Positions 32,080 through 43,212 of a DNA stretch of 64,000 nucleotides are shown one piece after another. The position numbers and the translations under genes were made by a program. The stretch spans positions 64,001 through 128,000 of the forward strand of contig CAVQBA010000002.1 of assembly GCA_963710605.1 (NCBI GenBank), written 5' to 3'. The notes beneath the pieces were generated by a model. The model was given only the letters and a program-made list of their open reading frames with translations. It ran no database searches and was not told the DNA's origin. How positions within the stretch are numbered: the first letter of the stretch is position 1; every line of letters begins with the position of its first letter. Origin of the DNA: an uncultured cyanobacterium. GTDB taxonomy: Bacteria > Cyanobacteriota > Cyanobacteriia > Cyanobacteriales > Cyanobacteriaceae.

Positions 32080-32658
32080 TTAATTTTTATTATTATTGTC
32101 GAGAAAAACAATTTCTAAACGATCGCCTGGTTGAATATCAAGTTCAACTGCTCTTCCTCCTGCAAGCTCAATTACTTGATTGATAAAACCTTCAGAATAA
32201 TAAGCAGGACAAGGGTTTTCGGTACATGGAGGAACATTATGAGCGATCGAATTAACGACACCATTGCTTACAAAAATCATATCTAAAGAAATAGAGACAT
32301 TTTTCATCCAAAAACTAGCGATGATTGGTTCTTTAAAATCAAATAACATACCTCGATTTTCAGCTAAGGACGATCGATACATCAAACCAAGTGCTTGTTG
32401 TTCTGGGGTAACGGCTACTTCTAAATCAATTATATTTTGATCGTTAATTAATAACTGAGCAGTTATGGGTAAACTTTGTTCTTGATTTGATTGGTTCATT
32501 GTTTGCTCGTGATGTGCTTTTAGTTTTTTTATTTCGGCTTTTCCTATCGGCACATCAACAAAACTACAACCATTAATCAACAAATGTAAACAAAATATTA
32601 TCCCTAATTTCCAATAACGTGGCAAACTATCTATGACCTCATTTAAGAATTTAGACAA
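32080..32658 (-). CDS. DUF192 protein, possibly a lipoprotein
   Basis: EVAVTPEQQALGLMYR, GMLF, FWMKN, VIELAGG. Confidence 0.88.
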   Translation of the reverse strand: MSKFLNEVIDSLPRYWKLGIIFCLHLLINGCSFVDVPIGKAEIKKLKAHHEQTMNQSNQEQSLPITAQLLINDQNIIDLEVAVTPEQQALGLMYRSSLAENRGMLFDFKEPIIASFWMKNVSISLDMIFVSNGVVNSIAHNVPPCTENPCPAYYSEGFINQVIELAGGRAVELDIQPGDRLEIVFLDNNNKN

Positions 32659-32723
32659 CTAGGCTAACATATAATAGTGAAATAATAACACCAAAAAATC
32701 GTTTCAATTATTAATTATTTAAG

Positions 32724-33545
32724 TTATTTTTCACCATAAAGAATATCCAACTCTTTTTGCATCTGACGAACTACTAAATTGTAACATTCGTTTACATAGT
32801 TTTTATCTTTACTAGCTCGATTACCGTAACGTTCAAAATTAACTGGTTGACAGACACGAGTTGTTATTTTTCCGGGTAAAGAAATATTTGGTAATGGCCC
32901 AATTCCTATACCCCAAGGTAAACCTAAATAAAGAGGAAAGACTTCTGGATCTATATCAAACAACCATGGAAACAAACCTCGATCGTGAAGTTGTTTTACT
33001 TGCTCATAAAAGTCAGCCATGACAAAAATTGTTTCATGAGCTCCTTTAGAAATCAAAGGTACGATCGGTAAAGAGTAACGGATTGCCAATTTAACAAACC
33101 CTGTTCTCCCCATAAATTTGATTTGATCTCTTTGATTATAAGGACGAAATACATCTTGCGCACCACCGGGATAAACCAAAACACTTGCCCCTTTCTCGAT
33201 TGCGGACATTGCTACTTTCGGATGAGCTCTTATCGCTCCTGTTTTACCTGCTAAAATTCCCACGTAATGATAAAGAGTCCATGCAGTAGGGTGCATCAAA
33301 CCATAAATTAAACGATCGGTACCAAAACAACGAAACCAATCGTACATTATCATGATGGTATCAGGAGCGGCTAAGCCACCGTTATGAGAACCAACTAGTA
33401 AGACTTGACCTGAGGGAATATTTTCCCAGCCACTGGTTTGTACTTGAAAATAATAGCGATAAAGAAGTTGCCAAATCGGCATCAATTTTTTAATTGTTTC
33501 AGGATCTCTTTTATTCAAAGACCATCCCATATCTGTTTTATCCAT
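32724..33545 (-). CDS. Lysophospholipid/glycerol acyltransferase (PlsC-like)
   Basis: SHNGGLAAPD, VYPGG, RTGFVKLA. Confidence 0.85.
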   Translation of the reverse strand: MDKTDMGWSLNKRDPETIKKLMPIWQLLYRYYFQVQTSGWENIPSGQVLLVGSHNGGLAAPDTIMIMYDWFRCFGTDRLIYGLMHPTAWTLYHYVGILAGKTGAIRAHPKVAMSAIEKGASVLVYPGGAQDVFRPYNQRDQIKFMGRTGFVKLAIRYSLPIVPLISKGAHETIFVMADFYEQVKQLHDRGLFPWLFDIDPEVFPLYLGLPWGIGIGPLPNISLPGKITTRVCQPVNFERYGNRASKDKNYVNECYNLVVRQMQKELDILYGEK

Positions 33546-34119
33546 TTTTAATCGTTACTTATATATTTATGAGTGCTAAAAAAATACCGTTTATTGTGCT
33601 ACTAATTGAAAAAATACTCGACATCATCTCAAAATGGCAAAACAAGAAAAATAAAATAAAAATTTGAATATGTTTTACCCTCCTACTAAAGATAGATGAC
33701 GATGACACATCAATATGCCACTTAGATCATTATCATTGATCTGTTAGTTAATTTGAGGGTTCGCACATTCTCAATTTATTCGGATAGCTATACTTGATAA
33801 TTTTTAAGTCGGGTTATTAAAAAAAGACTATTTACAAAGTATAACATTATCAAAGACTCAAAAAATATTATCCATTTAAACTACTATAGACAAGAAGTTT
33901 TTTAATTATTATGATTATCTACTTATCAATGATAATCTTGTTTCTAGGCAATTATTCCTAATTTAATTAGTTATATTTTTAATTGACAAAATTTAATTAG
34001 AAAGCAGAAATATCTAACTTTTGATAGATGTTAGAAAGAGAAATAAATGAAGATATTATCTGATTAATTTTTTTAAATCAAATTGGTAAAAACTAGGTAC
34101 TTTTTTTTAAGATTACTGA

Positions 34120-36048
34120 TCAATTCATGTAGTTAGTAATCCAAAGACATTGATAAGGTTTAAGAGTATATTTAAAATGAATATTATCGATCGTTTTTTT
34201 ACTAATAAGATCAAACCAACCATCTAAATCAATTAAATTTAGTTGAGAGAGGATTAAATTTTGGCATTGATTACTCAGATTGTGAATACAAAAAATACTT
34301 TGTTCTCGATCGATACTTTGCCGCCAAAAAGCGAATAAAGCCCTATTTAAAGGATGCAAGGTATATTGAGTCGCATTAGGATGAAAAGCAGGTTGCTGAC
34401 GACGTAATCTAATCAAACCAGATAATTTATTCAAAACTATACTTTGATTAGAAGCAGAATCATTTAAACAAGTACTAAGTTGTTCGTAATCCCATTTGTG
34501 ACGATTAATTGCTCGATTATGACCAGTTTTAGCAACATTATCTAAATCATTATCTGTTGCCAGCAAATTGTGAAGATAAAAAGCAGGAATCCCTTCTAAA
34601 CCAAGCATGATTGTCTGTGAACATAAAAACCGTTCAATTTGCCATTCATCTTCTCCTTTAACAGTGCCTTTCATTGCCGAAAACCAAGCGATATTAATTT
34701 CGTAAGGAGAATCACTACCATCAGACTTTTGCCGATAACTAATTTTACCGCCAAATTTTTTCATGGTTTCTAACAAGGCTTGATACTCTTCTTCTTTTAA
34801 CAAACCTTTAGCCGGAAGTAAACCGATTCCATCATGAGAAGCCGTAAAATTGAGATAAGCACAACCTTTTTGAGCAGGTGGCATCCGCATCATCCATGTT
34901 TTTAAATGATCTGATTTACCTTGCATCAAAGCATTCAGTAATAAAGGAGGTAAACTAAAGTTATAGATTATATGAGCTTCATTACGGTTACCAAAATAAC
35001 TTAAATTTTCCCAGTTAGGTACATTTGTCTCAGTGATAATCGCAATACTGGGATCGAGCATTTGGACAATTTCTCGAATTAAACGAATAACTGTATGAGT
35101 TTGAGGTAAATGGATACAAGTAGTACCAATTTCTTTCCATAAAAAACCAATTCCATCTAGACGAATAGATTTAATTCCTAATTCAACATAGAAAATAATA
35201 ATTTTGATATATTCGAGTAAAACATCTGGGTTAGCAAAATTAAGATCAATTTGATCAGCACTAAATGTTGTCCAAACGTGTTTTTTTCCTGTTTTAGTAA
35301 CCACAGAGGTTAGTAAAGGGATACTACGAGGGCGAACTACTTGAGATAAATCTATGTATGGTTCAACTTCGATAAAATAATTACAACCGGGTTTTTCTCT
35401 ATCCACAAATTGCTTAAACCATTTATGTTCGCTAGAAACATGATTAATCACTAAATCGATCATTAATTTGTATTTTGAAGCGATCGTTCTAATCTGCTCC
35501 CAATCACCTAAACTAGGGTTAACCGTCAAATAATCGATCACCGCAAAACCATCATCAGAGCTATAAGGATTAAACGGTAAGATATGTACCCCTGTAATAG
35601 TTTGTTGTAAATATTTAGCCAAAAAATTAGCTAAGGTATTCAGTGGTTTTTCTTCTGTAGAACAGCAAATAGTATCACCGTAAGTTATCAACTGTACGTC
35701 ATCTTCACTCCATTTATCTAAATCTACTGTCATTGATTGAGCAAATTTATTACTGACTAATTGATAAATTTTTTGACTTAAATCTGAGGCTATCTCCTCT
35801 CCATATATTTGTACCAATAAAAAGTTGGTTTTCAATGCAAAATGCTGGTATCGATCATCAACTTGAGGTTGTTGAGCTATTGATATTGGAGAAGAAGTTT
35901 GTTTTTCGGCTTCTAGATTATCATTGATGAGAAGTTGATATATTTTAGTTAATTTCTCTTTTTGATCATTTTTGGGTTCTAATTGCTTTAATAAAGAAGT
36001 TACTTTTTGGTATAAGTCTTGAGCCGAAACATCATATTTATTAACCAT
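34120..36048 (-). CDS. GH13_18 sugar phosphorylase (glucosylglycerate phosphorylase-like)
   Basis: LITYGD, SSDDGF, RLDG, ITETNVP, ASHDGIG, PYEIN. Confidence 0.85.
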   Translation of the reverse strand: MVNKYDVSAQDLYQKVTSLLKQLEPKNDQKEKLTKIYQLLINDNLEAEKQTSSPISIAQQPQVDDRYQHFALKTNFLLVQIYGEEIASDLSQKIYQLVSNKFAQSMTVDLDKWSEDDVQLITYGDTICCSTEEKPLNTLANFLAKYLQQTITGVHILPFNPYSSDDGFAVIDYLTVNPSLGDWEQIRTIASKYKLMIDLVINHVSSEHKWFKQFVDREKPGCNYFIEVEPYIDLSQVVRPRSIPLLTSVVTKTGKKHVWTTFSADQIDLNFANPDVLLEYIKIIIFYVELGIKSIRLDGIGFLWKEIGTTCIHLPQTHTVIRLIREIVQMLDPSIAIITETNVPNWENLSYFGNRNEAHIIYNFSLPPLLLNALMQGKSDHLKTWMMRMPPAQKGCAYLNFTASHDGIGLLPAKGLLKEEEYQALLETMKKFGGKISYRQKSDGSDSPYEINIAWFSAMKGTVKGEDEWQIERFLCSQTIMLGLEGIPAFYLHNLLATDNDLDNVAKTGHNRAINRHKWDYEQLSTCLNDSASNQSIVLNKLSGLIRLRRQQPAFHPNATQYTLHPLNRALFAFWRQSIDREQSIFCIHNLSNQCQNLILSQLNLIDLDGWFDLISKKTIDNIHFKYTLKPYQCLWITNYMN

Positions 36049-36170
36049 AGCCTCAATCTAAACTACTTTCCTTTTACCTGAATTTTAATCTAAACGAACT
36101 ATGGTAACGACGTAGTTATCATTTATACCATTATCTTAACTATACGATCGTTGCTACGAACATTTTGTCT

Positions 36171-37664
36171 TCAAAAAAGAGAAGGTATTTTACTTAAATC
36201 CAAATTTTCTTCTAATAAGTCAGCAATTGAATCGAGAAGACTTTCTCGTTGCTCACGATAATTATTGATTCCTGTGGGTAATTTAGGTAAACCCCGTTTT
36301 TGTCTTAATATATTTAACCACGATCGTCGCCATGCACCGTTATCAAAAATACCATGTAAATAACAACCCCAAACAGATTGATTTTGGTCAACTAAACCTA
36401 AACTAGGATCATCAAATAAATAAAAAAAGTTGATTTTACTTTGTTTACTCAAAGCAGGTATCACTTGTGTATATCCTTGATGAATTTCGTAACCATCTAT
36501 CGGTAATCCTTGATGAGGAAAATTAGCTGATACTTGTCTTATGCGAGTAATTTTCTCAGGTTTTAAAGTAGTTTGTATCGGCAATAAATCTAGCCCTGCA
36601 CAAACAGCATTTTCTGTACTTTCTAAGTTATCGGGGTCTAATATTTGATTACCTAACATTTGAAAACCGCCACAAATACCTAAAACAGTACCTCCTGCTT
36701 CGATATAATCTTGTATTTGCTTAAGCATTCCTGTTTCGTGTAAAACCATCAAGTCAGAAATCGTTGTTTTCGTACCGGGTAAAATGATGGCATCAGGATA
36801 ACCTAAATTTTGCTCAGGTTTAAGATACTCAATAAATACACCTTCTTCGCTCTCAAGAGGATCAAAATCAGTAAAATTAGAAATACGAGGTAATCTAATA
36901 ATATTAATTTTTAATTCATAATTATTTTTTTTAGTTGGTCGATCGAGTAAACTCAAAGAATCTTCAGAAGGTAAAGCCGATTCAAACCAAGGAATGACAC
37001 CTAAAACCGGTATTTTGGTATATTCTTCTAACCATTCAATCCCCGGTGTCAAAATAGAAACATCACCTCTAAATTTGTTAATAACTATACCTTTAACTAA
37101 TGCTCTTTCTTCTGGCTCCAATAGTTCTAAAGTACCAACTATATGAGCAAAAACACCACCTCTTTCAATATCAGCGACTAAAATAGTATTAGCATTAAGA
37201 TATTTAGCAACACGCATATTAGTTAAATCTCGATGCTTGAGATTAATTTCCACTGGGCTACCTGCACCTTCACAGACAATTAAATCAAATTCCTTAGCTA
37301 AGGTATCAAGGCTTTGAGTAATAGCTTCCCAACCAATCTGAAAATAATTTTGATAATAATCTTTAGCATTAGTTACACCGACAACTCTTCCTTTGATGAT
37401 TACTTGAGAAGTCATATCACCTTGAGGCTTAAGCAAAATAGGATTCATTTCCACTGTCGGTACAGTTTTCGCTCCCCATGCTTGTAGTGCTTGGGCGTAA
37501 CCTATTTCCCCTGCTGTTGGTGTAACATAAGCATTTAAAGCCATATTTTGCCCTTTAAATGGTGTTACTGCCCATCCCTGACGCCAAAGTAATCGACACA
37601 AACCAGTTACTAATGATGATTTACCAACATGGGATGCTGTACCCACTACCATAATTGCTTTCAT
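36171..37664 (-). CDS. cobQ: Cobyric acid synthase
   Basis: GTASHVGKS, FKGQNMALN, EGAGSP, GICGGFQMLG, YLHGIFD. Confidence 0.96.
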   Translation of the reverse strand: MKAIMVVGTASHVGKSSLVTGLCRLLWRQGWAVTPFKGQNMALNAYVTPTAGEIGYAQALQAWGAKTVPTVEMNPILLKPQGDMTSQVIIKGRVVGVTNAKDYYQNYFQIGWEAITQSLDTLAKEFDLIVCEGAGSPVEINLKHRDLTNMRVAKYLNANTILVADIERGGVFAHIVGTLELLEPEERALVKGIVINKFRGDVSILTPGIEWLEEYTKIPVLGVIPWFESALPSEDSLSLLDRPTKKNNYELKINIIRLPRISNFTDFDPLESEEGVFIEYLKPEQNLGYPDAIILPGTKTTISDLMVLHETGMLKQIQDYIEAGGTVLGICGGFQMLGNQILDPDNLESTENAVCAGLDLLPIQTTLKPEKITRIRQVSANFPHQGLPIDGYEIHQGYTQVIPALSKQSKINFFYLFDDPSLGLVDQNQSVWGCYLHGIFDNGAWRRSWLNILRQKRGLPKLPTGINNYREQRESLLDSIADLLEENLDLSKIPSLF

Positions 37665-37669
37665 CTTTT

Positions 37670-38083
37670 TTATCCCCACTGCCAATTTATAATCCTATTC
37701 CATAAATTACCCAAACGATCGAAAATTGTTGCTTGAGGAATTTCACCTGTTTGTTTTTGCCAATTATTAACAATCTTTCTGCCTAAAGGTGTTAAACGAA
37801 AACTATCTGTGATACCTTGCCCATCTACTTCTCGACGCAAAATACCAACTCTGATTAACCACATTAATTCTTGTTCTACTTTATTTTCGCTAATACTTTG
37901 ATGTGTATAATCTCTTTCTACTCCTCTAGATAAAGCAATATCTTTAAGATCAACACTTGTATTGATCATCTTGGTAAATAAGTTTAATTTAAAATGGGTA
38001 CAAATAAGAGCTTTTTCTCCTCTTTTGATTGTACTAGGTGCATAATAAATTTCCGTGGTAGGTGATTTTAAAGAGGATGTCAT
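37670..38083 (-). CDS. Conserved cyanobacterial protein (Npun_F0494-like)
   Basis: LRREVDGQGITDSFRLTPLG motif. Confidence 0.8.
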   Translation of the reverse strand: MTSSLKSPTTEIYYAPSTIKRGEKALICTHFKLNLFTKMINTSVDLKDIALSRGVERDYTHQSISENKVEQELMWLIRVGILRREVDGQGITDSFRLTPLGRKIVNNWQKQTGEIPQATIFDRLGNLWNRIINWQWG

Positions 38084-38216
38084 GTCAAAATAATGAGAAA
38101 CAACTAAATAACGCTAAAAATAAGTTGACTTTTGCTTTTTTTTGCTCTGGATTGGTCAATATAATAATATATTGTACTAGGAATTATTAGTTTATTTTGC
38201 TTATTTCAATTGAGGA

Positions 38217-38460
38217 ATGAAAATATTGTTTAAAAAATCAATTTAAATAGTTAACTTGAGTATTTGATTAATTATTCCCATTAATGTTGCTTTGTCTCAA
38301 AATACATCAACTAGTTTTGATAATTGGTGTAGTCAAAAAGAATCTTTATCGGCTGAAACTCAAAAAAACTTACAGGAATGATACATACATAATAATCTGT
38401 GTTTCTCGTCAGTTTTGTCCTGATAATCAAGAAGGTTTATGTTTTTTAGGTAACAAATAA
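38217..38460 (+). pseudogene. Remnant of a secreted leucine-rich-repeat (internalin-like) gene with internal deletion and stops
   Basis: RBS GAGG + ATG, two in-frame stops, then SFDNWCSQKESLSAETQK cap-like motif and a CPDNQEGLCF tail. Confidence 0.45.
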
Positions 38461-38524
38461 TAATTATCACCTTGAATTTGTTATACTGCTGTGATTAATA
38501 ATTAAATTTAGTATTTTAATCTCT

Positions 38525-39373
38525 GTGGAAATTCAAAAAGAAAAGATAAAAGTTGGTCAATTTGATTGGTTTTATCGTCAAACTGAACCTGTAGAAAATA
38601 GCGAGAAGATTCCGGTTGTTTTATTACATGGCTTATTTTCTCAAAGTTATTGTTGGTCAGAAATTATGCCGAGCTTAGCTGAATATGGTTATCGATCGAT
38701 CGCTCCTGATTGGTTAGGCTGGGGTTTATCTGACAAACCAGAAAAAAAAGATTTTCCTTATACTGTTGATAGTTTTATTGAAGCTTTTAGTAGTTTTATT
38801 GAAGAGTTAAATCTTGAAAAAATTTCTTTAGTTGTCCAAGGTTTTTTAGCTACTGTTGGAATTCAATATGCTTTAAAAAATTCTGAAAAAATTGATCATT
38901 TAATAATTCTTAATTCTCCTATTTATCAAGGTGCAAAACTGCCTTGGCAAATCGCTCAATGTGGCTTTCCTTTTTTAGGTGATATGATTACACAAGATCC
39001 TTTGATTGTCGATCGAACTTTAGAAAAAGGAACAGGTTTTGTGATCTCTGATTATAATCTGGCTTTGTATCGTAAACCAATTACCTCTTCTTCAGCTTCA
39101 GGAAGAATGCTAGTTAATATCATCAAAAAACTACAACTACCTCAAGTAACAACTGAAATTGAAACAGGCTTAAAAAATTGGCAAAAACCTTGTTTGATTA
39201 TTTGGGGAAAAGATGATCCCTGGTTAGATTTTGAAGCGGTAGAAGCTTTAGTTAAAACTAATCCCGAATTAAAATTATTTGCTTTAGATGAAGCTAAACA
39301 TTACCCGCAAGAGCATTTTTCTCCAGAAATGACACCAACTTTAATTAATTTTTTAGGAAGCTACAAGAATTAG
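38525..39373 (+). CDS. Alpha/beta-fold hydrolase
   Basis: VLLHG, APDWLGWGLSDKP, IIWGKDDP, HYPQE. Confidence 0.88.
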   Translation: MEIQKEKIKVGQFDWFYRQTEPVENSEKIPVVLLHGLFSQSYCWSEIMPSLAEYGYRSIAPDWLGWGLSDKPEKKDFPYTVDSFIEAFSSFIEELNLEKISLVVQGFLATVGIQYALKNSEKIDHLIILNSPIYQGAKLPWQIAQCGFPFLGDMITQDPLIVDRTLEKGTGFVISDYNLALYRKPITSSSASGRMLVNIIKKLQLPQVTTEIETGLKNWQKPCLIIWGKDDPWLDFEAVEALVKTNPELKLFALDEAKHYPQEHFSPEMTPTLINFLGSYKN

Positions 39374-39421
39374 TAATTATTTATTTATTCATTTGTGTCG
39401 GATTTGCAAAAAAATCGTAAA

Positions 39422-39446
39422 GGCTTAGCACGCGCTAAGCCCTTTT
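39422..39446. terminator. Hairpin between convergent genes (REP-like or terminator)
   Basis: GGCTTAGC-ACGC-GCTAAGCC followed by a T-run. Confidence 0.6.
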
Positions 39447-39475
39447 TCACGAATTAATCAATTGTTGTCAATTTA

Positions 39476-40795
39476 TTACTGACCTAATTTTGAATTAACT
39501 AGCTGTAAATTACGAAGATAATTAGCTTGTTCGTTTCTTAAAACCGAAATAGCTTTCAAATACTGACTATCTGATCTAGTACCAATCAAATCAGGATTTT
39601 GTCTTAACATTCTGATTTCTCGCTTACTTAAACCATGAAACACATCAGGAACGATACCTTTTTTACTAATATTGATACCACTAGGAGGAAAATAACGAGA
39701 AATTGTAACGGCTAATCCCGAACCATCAGAAAGAGAATGCACTGATTGTACTGTACCTTTACCAAAAGTATTAGTACCCACAATAACACCACGGCGATTC
39801 TCTTTTAATGCACCTGCCAAAATTTCACTAGCACTAGCTGAATTGTTGTCAACTAAAACAACTAAAGGTAAATCAGTAATTGCTGAATTATTAGCACTAA
39901 ACATTTGATGCCCACCTTGTCTGTTGACAATATCAACAATTTCCCCTTGATTCATCAGCATTCTGGCAATATCGACACTAGCAAATAATAAACCTCCCGG
40001 ATTACCTCTTAAATCTAAGATGAAACCTTGTGCTTGTTGCTTGTTTAATTCTTCGATCGCTTCAAACATTTGTTCGGCGGCATGAGAGCTAAATTCATCT
40101 AATTTGATGTACCCAACATTCAAATTTCCTTCTTTTTTAAGATTGTATTCAACTGAAGGCACTTCAATTTGAGCTCTAGTAATACTAACTGAAAAAGCAT
40201 TTTGTCCACGTCTGCCTATTTCTAACTGAACATCTGTTCCTAATTCTCCTTTTAAGGCTTCTGATGCTTGTTCTAAATCCATCAATGCGGTTGGTTTGCC
40301 GTCAATTCTGACAATACGATCGCCTCTTTTTAATCCTTCTTCCATCGCCGGAGATGTTTTAATGGTATCGATAATGACTAAATCTTGAGTGCGTGGATCG
40401 ATCGCAATCCGTATGCCGACGCCTGAAACTTCCCCTGAGGTTTGATTGGTTAAAACTTCAAACTGTTGTGGTGCTAAAAAACGAGTATAGGGATCACCTA
40501 ATTCTTTTAAAGCTTGATTAATCGCTTTATAGGCTTCTTTGTTATCACGATAATCTTGAGTTAAAAGTTCTTCTCTTTTGGTTTTCCAATCAACTTGATT
40601 AAAACCACCATCAACAAATTCTTGATGCACAATTTGCCAGACTTCATCTACTACCGCTTTGGGGTTATTCACCATTTCGGCTTTAGCTTCAAAAGGTACA
40701 ACGCCTTGTAGCAAACCTCCTGTGATTAAGGTTACTAAAAACGAAGATGCGATCGATTTGCGAGTAGAATGTTTTGCTTTGGCTGACTGATTCAT
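39476..40795 (-). CDS. ctpB: Carboxyl-terminal processing protease (S41, PDZ)
   Basis: PKAVVDEVWQ, DLRGNPGG, SASASEILAG, TFGKG; paralog assignment approximate. Confidence 0.85.
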   Translation of the reverse strand: MNQSAKAKHSTRKSIASSFLVTLITGGLLQGVVPFEAKAEMVNNPKAVVDEVWQIVHQEFVDGGFNQVDWKTKREELLTQDYRDNKEAYKAINQALKELGDPYTRFLAPQQFEVLTNQTSGEVSGVGIRIAIDPRTQDLVIIDTIKTSPAMEEGLKRGDRIVRIDGKPTALMDLEQASEALKGELGTDVQLEIGRRGQNAFSVSITRAQIEVPSVEYNLKKEGNLNVGYIKLDEFSSHAAEQMFEAIEELNKQQAQGFILDLRGNPGGLLFASVDIARMLMNQGEIVDIVNRQGGHQMFSANNSAITDLPLVVLVDNNSASASEILAGALKENRRGVIVGTNTFGKGTVQSVHSLSDGSGLAVTISRYFPPSGINISKKGIVPDVFHGLSKREIRMLRQNPDLIGTRSDSQYLKAISVLRNEQANYLRNLQLVNSKLGQ

Positions 40796-41109
40796 ATGTT
40801 ATCTGCGGGGTAAATCAATTAAGGTTCGTCTTAACTTTGGGTGTCAATATTCTAGCTTTAAGTTTTGGTGTTATTTGTATCCTATTAGCCAGTTGACTTA
40901 CTGTTAGTTATCTGTATTGTAATCAAATCATCCTCTATTTGACATTTTTTTAACTAAACTTATTTCAAATACTCAACTCTCAAGTCTTTATTCTCAAGTA
41001 TTTATTTTCTCTAATTGGTATTTTGTAGTAACCGTACTTGAACAATTACACTCATAAACTTAATAATTGTTTACAATAGAAAAACTAGACCTTAACAAAT
41101 ATTAATATA

Positions 41110-41370
41110 ATGATTCCGAATCTATTAGAAGCCACTCAAGAATACTGGCAAAAATTAGATAAACTAGAAAGTGATTATCAAGCAGGTAAAGTAACAATTG
41201 AAGAAGTTGATGCTCAAGTAGAATATCTAATGAAAGAGCTTGGACAAAAACGTAGAGCATCGATTAATTATTTCTTACGAACATTGCGTTATTCGATCGT
41301 CGAACAAAAAGAAGTCGTGATGGGGATTGCGATTTTAGGAGTACTTTCTTATTCTTGGTTACTTTTATAA
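41110..41370 (+). CDS. Small hypothetical protein with a C-terminal transmembrane helix
   Basis: 86-aa ORF with plausible composition. Confidence 0.65.
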   Translation: MIPNLLEATQEYWQKLDKLESDYQAGKVTIEEVDAQVEYLMKELGQKRRASINYFLRTLRYSIVEQKEVVMGIAILGVLSYSWLLL

Positions 41371-41569
41371 GCAATTTTTCTATCTAGAGATAGAGTTGTA
41401 AAAAGAAATAATGTGTAAAGTAAGTCAACCATACCCGATCGGTTTGAAAAATATAGCTATTCAAAAGCGTAAAAACTATACCATTTGATAGTGCTACCAC
41501 GATAACAGTTAACCTTATAATCAAATTATAATTGTAATTAAGAAATGTAAAGTTACTGAGATTTAAACC

Positions 41570-42251
41570 ATGGAACTAACCCAAATCAAAACATACTTAA
41601 ATAGCCCTAATCCTCAAAACAGAATGAAAGCTATTGTTGAGTTAAAAGATTACGAACCAGAAGTAGTCGTACCTTTACTCAAACAAAAAATGTATGATAA
41701 AGAATTTGTAATTCGTTCTTTTGTAGCTATGGGGTTAGGGATACAAACGTACTGATGAAGGTTATGATAGTTTATTAGATTTAATTGAAAATGATAATGA
41801 TCATAACGTAAGGGCGGAAGCGGCTAATTCTCTAGCCAAACATGGAGACAAAGCAATTCCTCACTTATTGAAATTATTCAAAAACGATTCTCATTGGTTA
41901 GTAAGACAAAGTATCTTTGCTGTGATGAGTGAAATTAATTCTCCTGATATTTTATTTCAACTTGCTAATTGGGGTTTAACTGGTAATGACTTAGTCGTTA
42001 AATTAGTCTCCATTGATAGTTTAGGTAAATTGGCTGGCACTACTTACGAAGAAAAAGCGATCGATTTTCTGTTTGATTTAACTACTCATGATATTGCCGA
42101 AGTGAGAATGGAAGTAGCTAAAGCATTAGCTAATTTTGACAATGCCAAAGCAAAAGCCGCTTTAACCGATTTAAGAAACGATACTGATTATCGAGTAATC
42201 GGTGCAACCTTAGAAAAACTCTTTAGTATGCACACAGATGTCAATAGCTAA
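41570..42251 (+). CDS. HEAT/PBS-lyase repeat protein (NblB-like), frameshift near 41740
   Basis: RSFVAMGLG then shifted YKRTDEG..NVRAEAANSL, continuous with the 41868 ORF. Confidence 0.85.
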
Positions 42252-42331
42252 TTAAGAGATTATTTTGGTCAGAAAAGAAAATTAAACTATTGACAAAAGA
42301 CTTCAAATAGGATGCAAAATAAGTAAATAAA

Positions 42332-43147
42332 ATGACTCCAACAGTATTAATTACGGGTGCTTCTCAAGGAATTGGGAAAGCAACCGCTTTATTATTTGCC
42401 AAAAATGGTTATGACTTAGTTATCGCTTCTCGTAACGTTGAAAACCTTGAAGTCTTAGCCAAGCAAATTGAAGGAATGGGTAGAAAAGTATTAGCTATTC
42501 CTACCGATGTCAGTGAAATAGAACAAGTAGAAAGATTAATAAATCAAGCACTAGAGTATTACGAACATATTGATGTGTTAGTGAATAATGCAGGTGTTTG
42601 TATGACTGGGGCAATTTCTCAAACAGATTTAGCCGATTGGCAAAGAGTTATTAATGTTAATTTGTGGGGATATATCAATACGATTCATACTTTATTACCC
42701 CATTTTTTAGCCAAGAAAAAAGGTACGATCGTCAATGTAGGCTCGATCGGCGGTAAAATTCCTTTACCTAACATGACCGTTTATTGTACTAGCAAATACG
42801 CCGTTACAGGTATGAGCGAAACCTTAAGAATTGAATTAGAGCCTAAAGGGATTAATGTCTGTGCAGTACATCCTAGTGCGACTAATAGCGATTTTATGTC
42901 TAGAGCAGTATTTAAAGGCGAAACCGAATCACAAGCTCAACAAGCAAGACAACAAATGAGTGAATTACTCAAAAGCCCGATCGCTAGTAAACCAGAAGAT
43001 GTAGCTCAAGCAATTTGGAAAACCGTAAAAAATCCTCAAGCTGAAGTTGTTGTCGGCACAGGAGTTTTTCCTACTTATTTATATAAAATAGCTCCTCGAA
43101 TTACTCAATGGTTTATGCAACAAGCAACGGTAAACAATGAACAATAA
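42332..43147 (+). CDS. SDR oxidoreductase
   Basis: TGASQGIG, NNAG, YCTSK. Confidence 0.92.
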   Translation: MTPTVLITGASQGIGKATALLFAKNGYDLVIASRNVENLEVLAKQIEGMGRKVLAIPTDVSEIEQVERLINQALEYYEHIDVLVNNAGVCMTGAISQTDLADWQRVINVNLWGYINTIHTLLPHFLAKKKGTIVNVGSIGGKIPLPNMTVYCTSKYAVTGMSETLRIELEPKGINVCAVHPSATNSDFMSRAVFKGETESQAQQARQQMSELLKSPIASKPEDVAQAIWKTVKNPQAEVVVGTGVFPTYLYKIAPRITQWFMQQATVNNEQ

Positions 43148-43152
43148 ATAAT

Positions 43153-43207
43153 TAACTCCTTACTCATTACTCCTTACTCCTTACTCCTTACTCCTTACTT
43201 ATTACTC
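43153..43207. repeat. Heptamer tandem repeat (TTACTCC)n, STRR-type
   Basis: About 8 units visible. Confidence 0.9.
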
Positions 43208-43212
43208 GAATC

